The notes: generated from the sequence alone by a model not told the origin. Counted from the stretch's first letter, positions 32,180 through 41,117 are shown. The stretch: 60,979 bases of DNA from an uncultured Anaerolineaceae bacterium (GCA_964435005.1 CAYSXA010000002.1:1-60979), one strand, 5' to 3'. Numbers and translations are program-made.

Positions 32180-33647
32180 ACGCTGGGAACGGCTGGGGGA
32201 GCGCATAGCGCCTGTTCTGTGGGCAGCATTGCTCATCTCCCTGCCTGTGACCAGTTTCCGACCACTTTCGCGACTGCTGGGCGGGCCAATGGTTGCCCCG
32301 CTGGCCATGGTGCCGATGGGCATGCTGCTCGTGGTCTGGGTCGCACCACATCTGCTACGACAACGGTGCCTGCCGCGCCTGACCTGGCCTTTCTTCGCCT
32401 TTGTCTGGGTGGCGTTGCTCGCTTCGCTGGCGGCCTTCTTCCTGCCCATCCCTCCCTATCGATCCCACACGATACTGACAAGCGAATTCAGCGCCTGGGC
32501 CACACTGGGCATCGGTGGTGGCTTTTACCTGACCACCATTACCTGGCTTCGAGACGAAAAACACCTGCGCAACGCGCTCTACTGGCTTAACCTGTCGGCA
32601 ATCGTACTGTTCACCTGGTCGGCGATACAAGGCTACTATGTGTTCGTGCGCAGCGCAAATCCGTCCTGGCTGATCACGGCACAGCGATGGATCAGTCTGC
32701 GTGGGCTGTTTCCGCACCGTCTGAACGGCCTGGCGTTTGAACCGTCGTGGCTGGCGCATGTGCTGAACATGGCTTACTTTCCCTGGTGGATCGCCGCCGT
32801 GACTCGACGACAGTCGGTGTATCGCTGGCGGCTGGGCCCGATCCTGGCGGAAGACCTGCTACTGGCCGTTGGGTTGCTCGTCCTGTTGTACTCGTTCTCG
32901 CGCATTGGCTTGATTTCCGTCCTTTTGATGACGGGCTACCTCAGCCTGCGATTGAACCTCTGGCTGGGGGAGCGTATCCACGTCTGGCTGCGTCGGCGGT
33001 TGCCCGCAGGCCGGGTTGTATCCATCATGCTGGGGGGCGGACTCTTCTTTGCCTTTCTGCTCTTTTACGCAGCGGTTTTGTACACCCTGATCCGTTTTGG
33101 TGCGCGCTACGATGTCCGTATCGCGGCCATGTTTGAGATCACTGCCGCCGATTTCACCAGCCCCTGGAATCTGGTGAATCGCCTGTTCTTCGCCGAACGA
33201 ATGGTTTACTGGGTGGCTGCCCTGCGCGTGTTCGGTCGTTTCCCCTGGCTGGGCGTAGGGTTGGGGAACGTGGGCTACTTTCTCCCTCAAACCCTGCCCG
33301 ATTTTGGCTGGTGGCTGCCGGAAGTCAACGATGTGTTGCTACGCTTCGCCTTTTTGCCCAACGCCAAGAACCTGTGGGTGCGTCTGCTGGCTGAAACCGG
33401 CGTTATGGGATGGACGGCTGTTCTGGTCTGGGTGTGGGGATTGTGGCGTGCGGCGCGGTCTCTGGAGCGAAAAACACCCGTGTCGCCGTTGATCAACCTG
33501 CTTGGGCTGGGCGGCCAGTTGATGTTGATCGCCTGGTTCTCCGAGGGGTTCAGCCTGGATACGTTTGGCCTGCCGTATTACTGGCTGGGGCTGGGAATAC
33601 TCACCGCCGCCGTGGCGGTGGGGGCACAGGAGGAATCGTTTTCATGA
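32172..33647 (+). CDS. O-antigen ligase / Wzy_C family polytopic membrane protein
   Basis: 491 aa, about 11-12 TM. HRLNGLAFEPSWLAHVL and FSRIGLISVLLM resemble the Wzy_C signature. Start ATG at 32172 overlaps the previous stop (ATGCTTGA). Confidence 0.7.
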   Translation: MLERWERLGERIAPVLWAALLISLPVTSFRPLSRLLGGPMVAPLAMVPMGMLLVVWVAPHLLRQRCLPRLTWPFFAFVWVALLASLAAFFLPIPPYRSHTILTSEFSAWATLGIGGGFYLTTITWLRDEKHLRNALYWLNLSAIVLFTWSAIQGYYVFVRSANPSWLITAQRWISLRGLFPHRLNGLAFEPSWLAHVLNMAYFPWWIAAVTRRQSVYRWRLGPILAEDLLLAVGLLVLLYSFSRIGLISVLLMTGYLSLRLNLWLGERIHVWLRRRLPAGRVVSIMLGGGLFFAFLLFYAAVLYTLIRFGARYDVRIAAMFEITAADFTSPWNLVNRLFFAERMVYWVAALRVFGRFPWLGVGLGNVGYFLPQTLPDFGWWLPEVNDVLLRFAFLPNAKNLWVRLLAETGVMGWTAVLVWVWGLWRAARSLERKTPVSPLINLLGLGGQLMLIAWFSEGFSLDTFGLPYYWLGLGILTAAVAVGAQEESFS

Positions 33648-35647
33648 AGACCCGACAATGGCCCTGGATTGCTATCGCTGCCGGTTGTGCGTTGCTTCTG
33701 CTGGCCTGCACCTGTACCCTGATCCTGGGTGCCAGCGTGGTCACGCTGGGAAGATGGCTGACCGATGCCCCGTTGGACATTCCGGTGACCGTTGCCGTCG
33801 CCACGCCGGTTCGCGTACCAACCATCCCGGCGGCGCAGTTACCCGAACTCTGGCAAGCGGCACAGGAAACACGTCAACAGTTAGAGAACACGCTGGTACC
33901 CGAGAATGACCCGCTGGACCTGGCCGTGCGGCTGGGGCAGGCCCCCGAGCCTGTCCCCTCGGTCGTCCCCAGCGGGCCGTACCAGGTAGGCGACCGCCAG
34001 GAATTCTGGGTCACGAACACAGACACCAACAAGACCAGCCGCGTTTCCGCCACCCTGCGCTATGTGACCGACCACCTGTACTTCTGGATCGCGGACGATG
34101 TAGATTACGACAAGCAGGCTCTGGCGCGTCTGGCGCAGTCCTTCGAGGAACACATCTACCCCACCGTGCGCAGCTTCTTCGGCAGCGAGTGGACACCCGG
34201 CATTGACGGTGATCCGCATCTGTATGTGCTCTACACCCACGGCATGGGAAATTCTGTGGCCGGCTACTTCTCCTCGGCGGACGAAGTGCCGCCGCTGGCG
34301 CACGAGTACTCCAACGCCCACGAGATGTTCTTCCTCAGTGCGGACAACGTGGCTCTGGACGAGGATTTCACCTACGGCGTGCTGGCGCACGAATTCCAGC
34401 ACATGATCCACTGGTATCGGGACCGCAACGAGACCTCCTGGCTGAACGAGGGCTTTTCAGAACTTGCGGCTTTCCTGGCCGGCTTCGACATAGGCCGCTT
34501 CGACTACGTTTACCTGCGTGCCCCCGATCTGCAACTGAACACCTGGCCCAGCAGCCAGCAGGCAGACACCAGCCCACATTACGGCGCGGGATTTCTCTTC
34601 GTTACCTACTTCCTGGACCGTTTCGGCGAGCAGGCCACGCGTGCGCTGGTGGCCGAGCCGCAAAACGGCCTGGTCAGCGTGGACCGCGTGCTCGCCGACC
34701 TCAACGCCACCGATCCGCTCACAGGCAAACTGTATCGCGCCGATGATTTCTTCCAGGACTGGACGATTGCCAACCTGCTGCGCGATGAGCATGTGGCTGA
34801 CGGGCGCTATACCTACCTGACATACCCCGACGTATCCAAGCCAAATGACACAGAGCACATCCACCGCTGTCCGTCCGACACGCCGCTGACAACCACAGTG
34901 CACCAGTACGGCGTGGACTACATCCGCATTACCTGCCGCGGTGACTACACGCTGCACTTTGAAGGTACGCCTTTTGTATCCGTGTTGCCGGTGGATCCGC
35001 ACTCCGGCGAGTTTGTCTTCTGGTCAAATCGCGGGGACGAATCCGACATGACGCTCACACGGCAATTCGATTTCACCGGTCTGGATTCGGTCACACTGAC
35101 GTACTGGATGTGGTACGATATCGAGCAGGATTACGACTACGTGTACCTGGAAGCCTCTACAGACGGCGAGCACTGGACGATCCTCACCACACCGTCTGGT
35201 ACGGGCGAAGACCCCAGCGGCAACAGCTACGGCTGGGCATATAACGGCCAGACGGGGCAATGGGTACAAGAGCGCGTGGATCTCTCGCCGTTCGCAGGGC
35301 AGCAGGTGTACCTGCGCTTCGAGTACGTCACCGATGCGGCGGTCAACGGAGAAGGCTTCCTGTTAGACGATATCGCCATCCCAGAACTCGGCTACCTGAC
35401 CGATTTCGAACAAGACGACGGCGGCTGGCAGGCAGCAGGCTTCGTCCGCTTACGCAATCGCCTGCCGCAAACTTACCGTGTGGCACTGGTCACCTTCGGC
35501 AAGGACACCACGGTACAGAAATGGGCGCTGAGCGGAGATCAGCCCCTCGACGTGCCCCTGCACCTGGAAGAGGACGCCGTGTTCGTCGTGAGCGGCACTA
35601 CACGCTTCACCCTGCAGCCCGCCGTGTACACCCTGGACATTCGCTAG
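33644..35647 (+). CDS. secreted/lipoprotein zinc metalloprotease (gluzincin HEFQH...WLNEGFSE), paralog A
   Basis: 667 aa from the ATG at 33644 (ATGA overlap with the ligase-like gene). Signal peptide with LLLACTC. Motifs VLAHEFQHMIHW + WLNEGFSE, GIDGDPHLYVLY, YLEASTDGEHWT, LDDIAIPELGY. Family (M30/M6-like) not resolved by eye. Confidence 0.7.
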   Translation: MKTRQWPWIAIAAGCALLLLACTCTLILGASVVTLGRWLTDAPLDIPVTVAVATPVRVPTIPAAQLPELWQAAQETRQQLENTLVPENDPLDLAVRLGQAPEPVPSVVPSGPYQVGDRQEFWVTNTDTNKTSRVSATLRYVTDHLYFWIADDVDYDKQALARLAQSFEEHIYPTVRSFFGSEWTPGIDGDPHLYVLYTHGMGNSVAGYFSSADEVPPLAHEYSNAHEMFFLSADNVALDEDFTYGVLAHEFQHMIHWYRDRNETSWLNEGFSELAAFLAGFDIGRFDYVYLRAPDLQLNTWPSSQQADTSPHYGAGFLFVTYFLDRFGEQATRALVAEPQNGLVSVDRVLADLNATDPLTGKLYRADDFFQDWTIANLLRDEHVADGRYTYLTYPDVSKPNDTEHIHRCPSDTPLTTTVHQYGVDYIRITCRGDYTLHFEGTPFVSVLPVDPHSGEFVFWSNRGDESDMTLTRQFDFTGLDSVTLTYWMWYDIEQDYDYVYLEASTDGEHWTILTTPSGTGEDPSGNSYGWAYNGQTGQWVQERVDLSPFAGQQVYLRFEYVTDAAVNGEGFLLDDIAIPELGYLTDFEQDDGGWQAAGFVRLRNRLPQTYRVALVTFGKDTTVQKWALSGDQPLDVPLHLEEDAVFVVSGTTRFTLQPAVYTLDIR

Positions 35648-35665
35648 GTCATCAAAACAAGCCTC

Positions 35666-35695
35666 GATCACGGATGTGAGTCCTCATCCGTGATC
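35666..35695 (+). terminator. 11-bp perfect hairpin between the two protease genes (GATCACGGATG-8nt-CATCCGTGATC), no T-tract
   Basis: Read directly, 19 nt after the stop at 35647. Confidence 0.4.
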
Positions 35696-35729
35696 CATCA
35701 CAACCCAATTTCCCGTTACGGAGGAACTC

Positions 35730-37805
35730 ATGCACTATCGCCGTTTCCCCCTTCTCCTGCTGCTGGTGTTGGCGCTGCTCGTGAGCGCCTGCGGAAAGGC
35801 CGCCACACCAACACCAACCAGCGCCCCCCCAACCCAGGCACCGACCAAAGCACCCACACAGCCCCCCACGGCGGCACCGTCGGCCACGCCGACCGTGGAA
35901 CCGACGCCCGCCTGGCCAGAGCCGATCGCGCCGGAGGAAGACCTCAGCCGTTCCCCGGTCAGCGCGGTTGAACAGGCCACCTTTGACACCCTCGCCAGTC
36001 TGGACTTCGTGGAGAACGATCCCATCGGCCTGGCTGTCGCAATTAAAGGCGTGGAAGGCCCGGTGAACCCCGTAGCGGCGACCGAAGCCCCTACTCTGAA
36101 AGAAGGCACCGTGCAGACCTTCTGGGTGCACAACACGGACACCAACGAATGGAGTCAGGTGGAAGCCCGTCTGGAGCGCGTCACCGAACACGCCTACCTG
36201 TGGTTCGATACCAGCCGTGAACTGGTGCAGAAGGATGCCATCGACAAAGCTGCAGAGGCCTTCGAGAGCATGTACGAAGCCGATCGCGCCATCTACGGCA
36301 GCGAATGGAACCCCGGCATCGACGGCGATCCTCATGTCTATGTCCTGCACGCCGCCGCCACCGCGCTGTGCAACGTGACTGAGAGCACCGCCCACCAGTG
36401 CTCGCTGCTGGGCTATTTCTCCACCACGGACGAGTTGCCTGTGGCCGTAGAGCCGCACTCCAACCAGCATGAGATGTTCATCATGAACATGGATAAAGCG
36501 ATCGGCGGCGAGCAGTACCTCACCACCCTGATTCACGAATTCCGCCACATGATCGAGCACAATTACGACCGCCACGACGACGACTGGGAAGTGGAAGGCA
36601 CGGCGGTGATGGCGGAAGACCTGCTCGGCTACCCCAAGGTCGCAGGCGGCTACGGCAACGCGTTCACCGGCAACACCACCGACCTGCAACTGAACGTCTG
36701 GTCGCAGGGCGCCTCCGCCATTCAGCACTACGGCCAGGGTTATGTCTTTGCCCGCTACATCTACGACCGCCTGGGCCGTGATTTCTACTCGGCCTGGGTG
36801 CAGCACCCCGACCGCGGTTTCCTCGCCCTGGACGCCGTGTTGCAAGAGCAGGGGTACGATTTCAACGCCCACGACCTCTGGCTGGACTGGGCAACCGCCG
36901 TGGCGTTGCTGGGCTTCGACAACACCGCCATGCCTTACGCCTTCGGTGAGAACTTTTACGTCAAGCCGCCCAAGCGCACGCCGATCAACAAATTCCCCAA
37001 GACCATCAAGGACACGGTCAATCAGTACGCATTTGACGTGTACGACGTACGCGGCAAGGCACCAGTGCAGATCAACTTCACCGGCACGACCAAGGTCGCC
37101 GTGCTGGAGAACCTGCTTCCCGCTTCGGGCCAGTACATGTGGTGGTCGGGTCGCGCCAACCAGAGCGACATGAACCTGACCCGCGAGGTGGACCTGACCG
37201 GCGTGGACCAGGCCACCCTGGAGTACGACGTGTACTACAGCCTGGAGCGCGGCTACGACTTCGCTTATGTGCTGGTTTCGACCGACGGGGGCCAGACCTG
37301 GCAGTCGCTGGTCTCGGAAAACATGCAGGGCGAGAAAGCCAGCGACGATCCGGGCGACAACGCGCTCACCGACCGCTTCTACACCGGGCGCACGAAAGGC
37401 TGGGTGCATGAGAGCATCGACCTGAGTGACTACGCCGGGCAAAAAGTGCTCCTCCGCTTCCAGTACATCACCGACGCCATCTTCACCGGTCCCGGCATGG
37501 CGCTGGACAACATCGCCATCCCCGAAATCGGCTTCTACGACGACGCAGAAAGCCTGGCAGACGGCTGGCAGGCGCAGGGCTTCACCCGCGTGACGGCCTA
37601 CGAACCGCAGCGCTTCCACCTTGTGCTGGTCACCTTCGACGCAGACGGCGTGCCGCAAGTGCAGCGCATCGCCCTGGCCGACGACAACACGGCTTCCTTT
37701 GAAGTGCCGTTGAGCGAGGACAGCAGCCGCGCGTTGCTCATCGTGGCAGCGTCTAACCCACTGATCATGACGCCCGCACACTATCAGATCGAAGCCAGTC
37801 AGTAG
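35730..37805 (+). CDS. lipoprotein zinc metalloprotease (HEFRH...WEVEGTA), paralog B
   Basis: 691 aa. Lipobox LLVSAC, a 44-aa Pro/Thr/Ala linker, LIHEFRHMIEH + WEVEGTAVMAE, GIDGDPHVYVLH, YVLVSTDGGQTW, LDNIAIPEIGF. Collinear with paralog A. Confidence 0.7.
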   Translation: MHYRRFPLLLLLVLALLVSACGKAATPTPTSAPPTQAPTKAPTQPPTAAPSATPTVEPTPAWPEPIAPEEDLSRSPVSAVEQATFDTLASLDFVENDPIGLAVAIKGVEGPVNPVAATEAPTLKEGTVQTFWVHNTDTNEWSQVEARLERVTEHAYLWFDTSRELVQKDAIDKAAEAFESMYEADRAIYGSEWNPGIDGDPHVYVLHAAATALCNVTESTAHQCSLLGYFSTTDELPVAVEPHSNQHEMFIMNMDKAIGGEQYLTTLIHEFRHMIEHNYDRHDDDWEVEGTAVMAEDLLGYPKVAGGYGNAFTGNTTDLQLNVWSQGASAIQHYGQGYVFARYIYDRLGRDFYSAWVQHPDRGFLALDAVLQEQGYDFNAHDLWLDWATAVALLGFDNTAMPYAFGENFYVKPPKRTPINKFPKTIKDTVNQYAFDVYDVRGKAPVQINFTGTTKVAVLENLLPASGQYMWWSGRANQSDMNLTREVDLTGVDQATLEYDVYYSLERGYDFAYVLVSTDGGQTWQSLVSENMQGEKASDDPGDNALTDRFYTGRTKGWVHESIDLSDYAGQKVLLRFQYITDAIFTGPGMALDNIAIPEIGFYDDAESLADGWQAQGFTRVTAYEPQRFHLVLVTFDADGVPQVQRIALADDNTASFEVPLSEDSSRALLIVAASNPLIMTPAHYQIEASQ

Positions 37806-37826
37806 CCATTTGACCGCCTCTCTTCA

Positions 37827-37868
37827 AGAACGACGCACCGGTCCGGTCGGTGCGTCGTTCTTTCTTCC
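37827..37868 (+). terminator. intrinsic terminator closing the glycan/protease operon
   Basis: 14-bp perfect stem AGAACGACGCACCG-gtccggt-CGGTGCGTCGTTCT followed by TTCTTCC. Confidence 0.7.
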
Positions 37869-37922
37869 CCGCCACCCGGTGCTGCTGCCGCCAAACGCCG
37901 TGCCCCGCAAAATCCACGCGGA

Positions 37923-37950
37923 TTGACATTTATCCAGAATCGACTACACT
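37923..37950 (+). promoter_or_regulatory. candidate sigma-70-type promoter (TTGACA-16 nt-TACACT)
   Basis: Consensus -35 hexamer and an acceptable -10, 34 nt upstream of the ATG at 37984, which has a GGAGG Shine-Dalgarno. Confidence 0.45.
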
Positions 37951-37983
37951 TAGGATGGGTTTCACAGAAACTTGGAGGCAACC

Positions 37984-38208
37984 ATGCTTGACGACCTGCG
38001 CAACGAAGCGACAACCAACACCTTCTTCGAGGATGACGATGCCGACTTCTTGCTGGAAGGAGCACCGGTCCGAGAGAGGGGGAACTTCCTTGGCATGACC
38101 GCTTTGCAGCGCTTCATCCTTTCCATGATGCTGTTGTTTTCGGTATGCCTGTTGGGTTCGCTATGCCTGCTGGTAACCCAACGGCTGGTCCCGCCGGGGT
38201 TGTACTGA
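37984..38208 (+). CDS. small acidic N-terminus / single-TM membrane protein, unknown function
   Basis: 74 aa. GGAGG lies 5 nt upstream of the ATG. C-terminal hydrophobic helix FILSMMLLFSVCLLGSLCLLV. Confidence 0.4.
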   Translation: MLDDLRNEATTNTFFEDDDADFLLEGAPVRERGNFLGMTALQRFILSMMLLFSVCLLGSLCLLVTQRLVPPGLY

Positions 38209-38277
38209 CCCACTTTCCTCCAGCGATCCACCGAACCGAACAGGGTAAATCAGAGACGGCTACACGAAACCCTTTTG

Positions 38278-38306
38278 TTGACGCCGGCTCCGCTCCGTGT
38301 TATCCT
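38278..38306 (+). promoter_or_regulatory. candidate promoter TTGACG-17 nt(TGT)-TATCCT giving a leaderless M23 peptidase mRNA
   Basis: The -10 hexamer ends 6 nt before the ATG at 38313. No Shine-Dalgarno is present. Confidence 0.35.
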
Positions 38307-38312
38307 TGCGCC

Positions 38313-39524
38313 ATGAGCGAAGAACAACCTCTTCCAGACGACCGCCTGCGCCCGCCGGACGCTCGTCCGGTGCGCGACTGGTGGAGCAACCTTTGGGAAG
38401 AAATCCATCAGGCGGGGTGGACGGGTGCCGTACAACGCGCACTCACGCCGCTGATCTTTTTCATCACCGTGCTGCTCATGGTCTGGGTGCTGCGCCTGGG
38501 TGCCGGCCGCCTGCAGGCCAGACTGCCGGACGTGGCTCCGCCAGCCGCCCAAGACGCGCTGGCCGCGCCAGCCCAGACAGCCACGCAGGAAGTCTCCCAA
38601 ACGACCGCCATCACGCTGCCGCCCCTGACGGCCGCCGGAGCAGCGTGGGGCGGCATCCCCCGCTTTGCCCTGCTGCACACCACCATCCCCACCCGACCGC
38701 GCGTGGAGGTGATCACGTACACCGTGCAACCAGGGGACACGGTGTTCGGCATCGCCGAGAAGTTCGGCCTGCGCCCGGAAACCATCCTGTGGGGCAACTA
38801 CGAGGTGCTGCAAGACAACCCCCACGTGCTGCGCCCCGACCAGGTGCTCAACATCCTGCCGGTGGACGGCGTATACCACAAGTGGCGCGAGGGCGAGAAC
38901 TTCCGTAAGGTAGCACGGTTCTACGGCGTGGACCCCCAGGCGATCATCGAGTGGCCGGGTAACCACCTGCCGCTGGACTTCGACCCGGACAACCCGAACA
39001 TCGAACCGGGGACATACCTGATCATCCCGGGTGGCTCACGCCCGCTGCGCGACTGGGGCCCGCCGTCCATCGTGCGCACCAACCCCGCCGTCGCCTCGAC
39101 CTACGGCCCCGGCTTCTGCGGCAAGATCTACGAAGGCGCGGTGGGTACAGGCACGTTCATCTGGCCAACGCCACTGCACTACCTGTCTGGCTACGATTAC
39201 AACTCGAACATCCACCCCGGCATCGACATCGCCGGCGACTACGGCCACGCGATCTACGCCACCGACGCTGGCGTGGTGGTGTATGCAGGCTGGAGCAATT
39301 ACGGCTACGGCAACCTGATCGTGATCGACCACGGCAACGGCTGGCAATCGCTCTACGCTCACCTTCAGTCTGTTTATGTGGGCTGCGGCCAGTCGGTCTT
39401 CCAGGGCGATGTGATCGGCGAGATGGGCAGCACAGGCAATTCCACCGGTCCGCACCTGCACTTCGAACTGCGGCATTCCCAATGGGGCAAGGTGAACCCC
39501 TGGAACTTCCTGCCACCGCCCTGA
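38313..39524 (+). CDS. membrane-anchored LysM + M23 (LytM-type) peptidoglycan endopeptidase
   Basis: TM segment LIFFITVLLMVWVL, LysM-like YTVQPGDTVFGIAEKFGL, and M23 motifs HPGIDIAG and GPHLHFEL. Confidence 0.85.
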   Translation: MSEEQPLPDDRLRPPDARPVRDWWSNLWEEIHQAGWTGAVQRALTPLIFFITVLLMVWVLRLGAGRLQARLPDVAPPAAQDALAAPAQTATQEVSQTTAITLPPLTAAGAAWGGIPRFALLHTTIPTRPRVEVITYTVQPGDTVFGIAEKFGLRPETILWGNYEVLQDNPHVLRPDQVLNILPVDGVYHKWREGENFRKVARFYGVDPQAIIEWPGNHLPLDFDPDNPNIEPGTYLIIPGGSRPLRDWGPPSIVRTNPAVASTYGPGFCGKIYEGAVGTGTFIWPTPLHYLSGYDYNSNIHPGIDIAGDYGHAIYATDAGVVVYAGWSNYGYGNLIVIDHGNGWQSLYAHLQSVYVGCGQSVFQGDVIGEMGSTGNSTGPHLHFELRHSQWGKVNPWNFLPPP

Positions 39525-39528
39525 TGCG

Positions 39529-40761
39529 ATGACCCAACTGTCCTTCCTGGCCTGGACGGTGACCGACCTCACCCGCTACCTGCGCGACCTGCTGGAGAGC
39601 GACTTCAACCTGCAGGACGTGTGGGTGGAGGGTGAGGTCTCCAATTTCTCCCAGCCCCGTTCGGGGCACGTGTACTTCACGCTCAAGGACGACCGCGCCG
39701 CGCTGCGTTGTGTGATGTGGCGCAGCGTGGTGGCGCGCCAGGCATACCTGCCCCGCGATGGCGAGGCCGTGCTGGTGCACGGCAAGGTGAGCGTGTACGA
39801 GGCGGGCGGTCAATACCAGTTGTACGCCGACCGCATCCAGCCGGTGGGCACGGGGGCGCTCTTCCAGGCCTTCCTGGAACTCAAAGCGCGCCTGCAGGCC
39901 GAAGGACTGTTCGACGAGGACCGCAAGCGTCCGATTCCGGCCTGGCCGCGCCGCATCGGCGTGGTGACCTCACCCACTGGCGCCGCGCTGCGCGACATAC
40001 TGAACACCATTCGCCGCCGGTATCCGCTGGCCGAGGTGGTGCTCGCCCCCACCTCCGTGCAGGGCATAGAGGCCCCGCCAGGCATCGTGGCTGCGCTGGA
40101 GGCGCTGCAGCGCCTCGCCCCGCCCCCCAACGTGATTCTGGTGGCGCGTGGCGGCGGCTCACTGGAAGACCTGTGGGCGTTCAACGACGAGCGCGTGGTG
40201 CGCGCAGTGGCCGCCTGCCGCGTGCCGGTGATCAGCGGGGTGGGACACGAGACGGATTTCACGCTGACCGACTTCGCCGCAGACCGACGCGCGCCCACCC
40301 CGACCGCCGCCGCCGAACTCGCCACGCCCGACCAGGCCGACCTGCGTGCCACGCTGGCGGAACGCCACGCGCGGCTGATTCGGGCAGTACAACGCGCGCT
40401 GGAAGCGGAGCGCATTGCGCTGCACGCCATATACCAGCGGCTGGCGCGACACGCACCGCTCACCCGCATCCGATCCGACCAGCAGCGGCTGGACGAATGG
40501 TCACTGCGTATGAAGCGCGCGCTGACCCACCGCGTGACGCTGGAGCGTGCCCGGCTGACCGCCCTGCAATCGCACCTGGACGCGCTCAGCCCGCTGGCCG
40601 TGCTCCGACGCGGCTACGCGCTGGTCACCGACGCACAAGGACGGGTGGTGCACAGCGTGCGACAGGTGCGACCCGGCAACCGGCTCTCGGTGCGCGTGCA
40701 GGACGGTGCGTTCCCGGCTCAGGTGTTGGAGGAAACCGATGGCGAACGAGAAGCCCGTTGA
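39529..40761 (+). CDS. xseA: exodeoxyribonuclease VII large subunit
   Basis: 410 aa. OB-fold VWVEGEVSNFSQPRSGHVYFTLKD, catalytic region ARGGGSLEDLWAFNDE, C-terminal coiled coil. Confidence 0.9.
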   Translation: MTQLSFLAWTVTDLTRYLRDLLESDFNLQDVWVEGEVSNFSQPRSGHVYFTLKDDRAALRCVMWRSVVARQAYLPRDGEAVLVHGKVSVYEAGGQYQLYADRIQPVGTGALFQAFLELKARLQAEGLFDEDRKRPIPAWPRRIGVVTSPTGAALRDILNTIRRRYPLAEVVLAPTSVQGIEAPPGIVAALEALQRLAPPPNVILVARGGGSLEDLWAFNDERVVRAVAACRVPVISGVGHETDFTLTDFAADRRAPTPTAAAELATPDQADLRATLAERHARLIRAVQRALEAERIALHAIYQRLARHAPLTRIRSDQQRLDEWSLRMKRALTHRVTLERARLTALQSHLDALSPLAVLRRGYALVTDAQGRVVHSVRQVRPGNRLSVRVQDGAFPAQVLEETDGEREAR

Positions 40762-40966
40762 GGAACTGACCTACGAACAGGCGATGGCCGAACTGGAGGC
40801 CGTGGTCGCCGCGCTGGAGGCCAACGAACACACGCTGGAAGAATCCCTGCGGTTGTTCGAGCGCGGCCAGGCGTTGCTGCAACGCTGTGCCGCGCTGCTC
40901 GACCAGGCCGAACTCCGCGTGCAGCAACTGGTGGAAGGGAAATTGCAGCCATTCGAGGAAACGTAG
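40739..40966 (+). CDS. xseB: exodeoxyribonuclease VII small subunit
   Basis: 75 aa from the ATG at 40739. LTYEQAMAELEAVVAALE...LEESLRLFERGQAL. Overlaps the xseA end. Confidence 0.85.
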   Translation: MANEKPVEELTYEQAMAELEAVVAALEANEHTLEESLRLFERGQALLQRCAALLDQAELRVQQLVEGKLQPFEET

Positions 40967-41117
40967 CAGTCGAGGTATGGAAAGGGGGAAACCCAACCAC
41001 GGATGTGCACAGAGGCACACAAATTTCGCCCGCCAGGGCATGACGGGTGCCCATTACGAAGTTGTCTGGAAGCCCCCCTGGGGGGAAGTTTCGGGAGGGG
41101 AGGATTCTGCGCCACCC

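Noticed and set aside
35652-37781. 709-aa minus-strand ORF opposite protease B
   Set aside because: Antisense artefact. The plus-strand frame has a lipobox, HEFRH and paralogy to the upstream gene.
41073-41085. CCCCCC-T-GGGGGG palindrome plus nearby GGGAGGGGAGG in the xseB/uvrC convergent spacer, a possible fourth member of the C/G hairpin family
   Set aside because: Only 6 bp can pair, around a 1-nt centre, which cannot form a hairpin loop. The flanks do not extend the stem. At best it is a decayed remnant.
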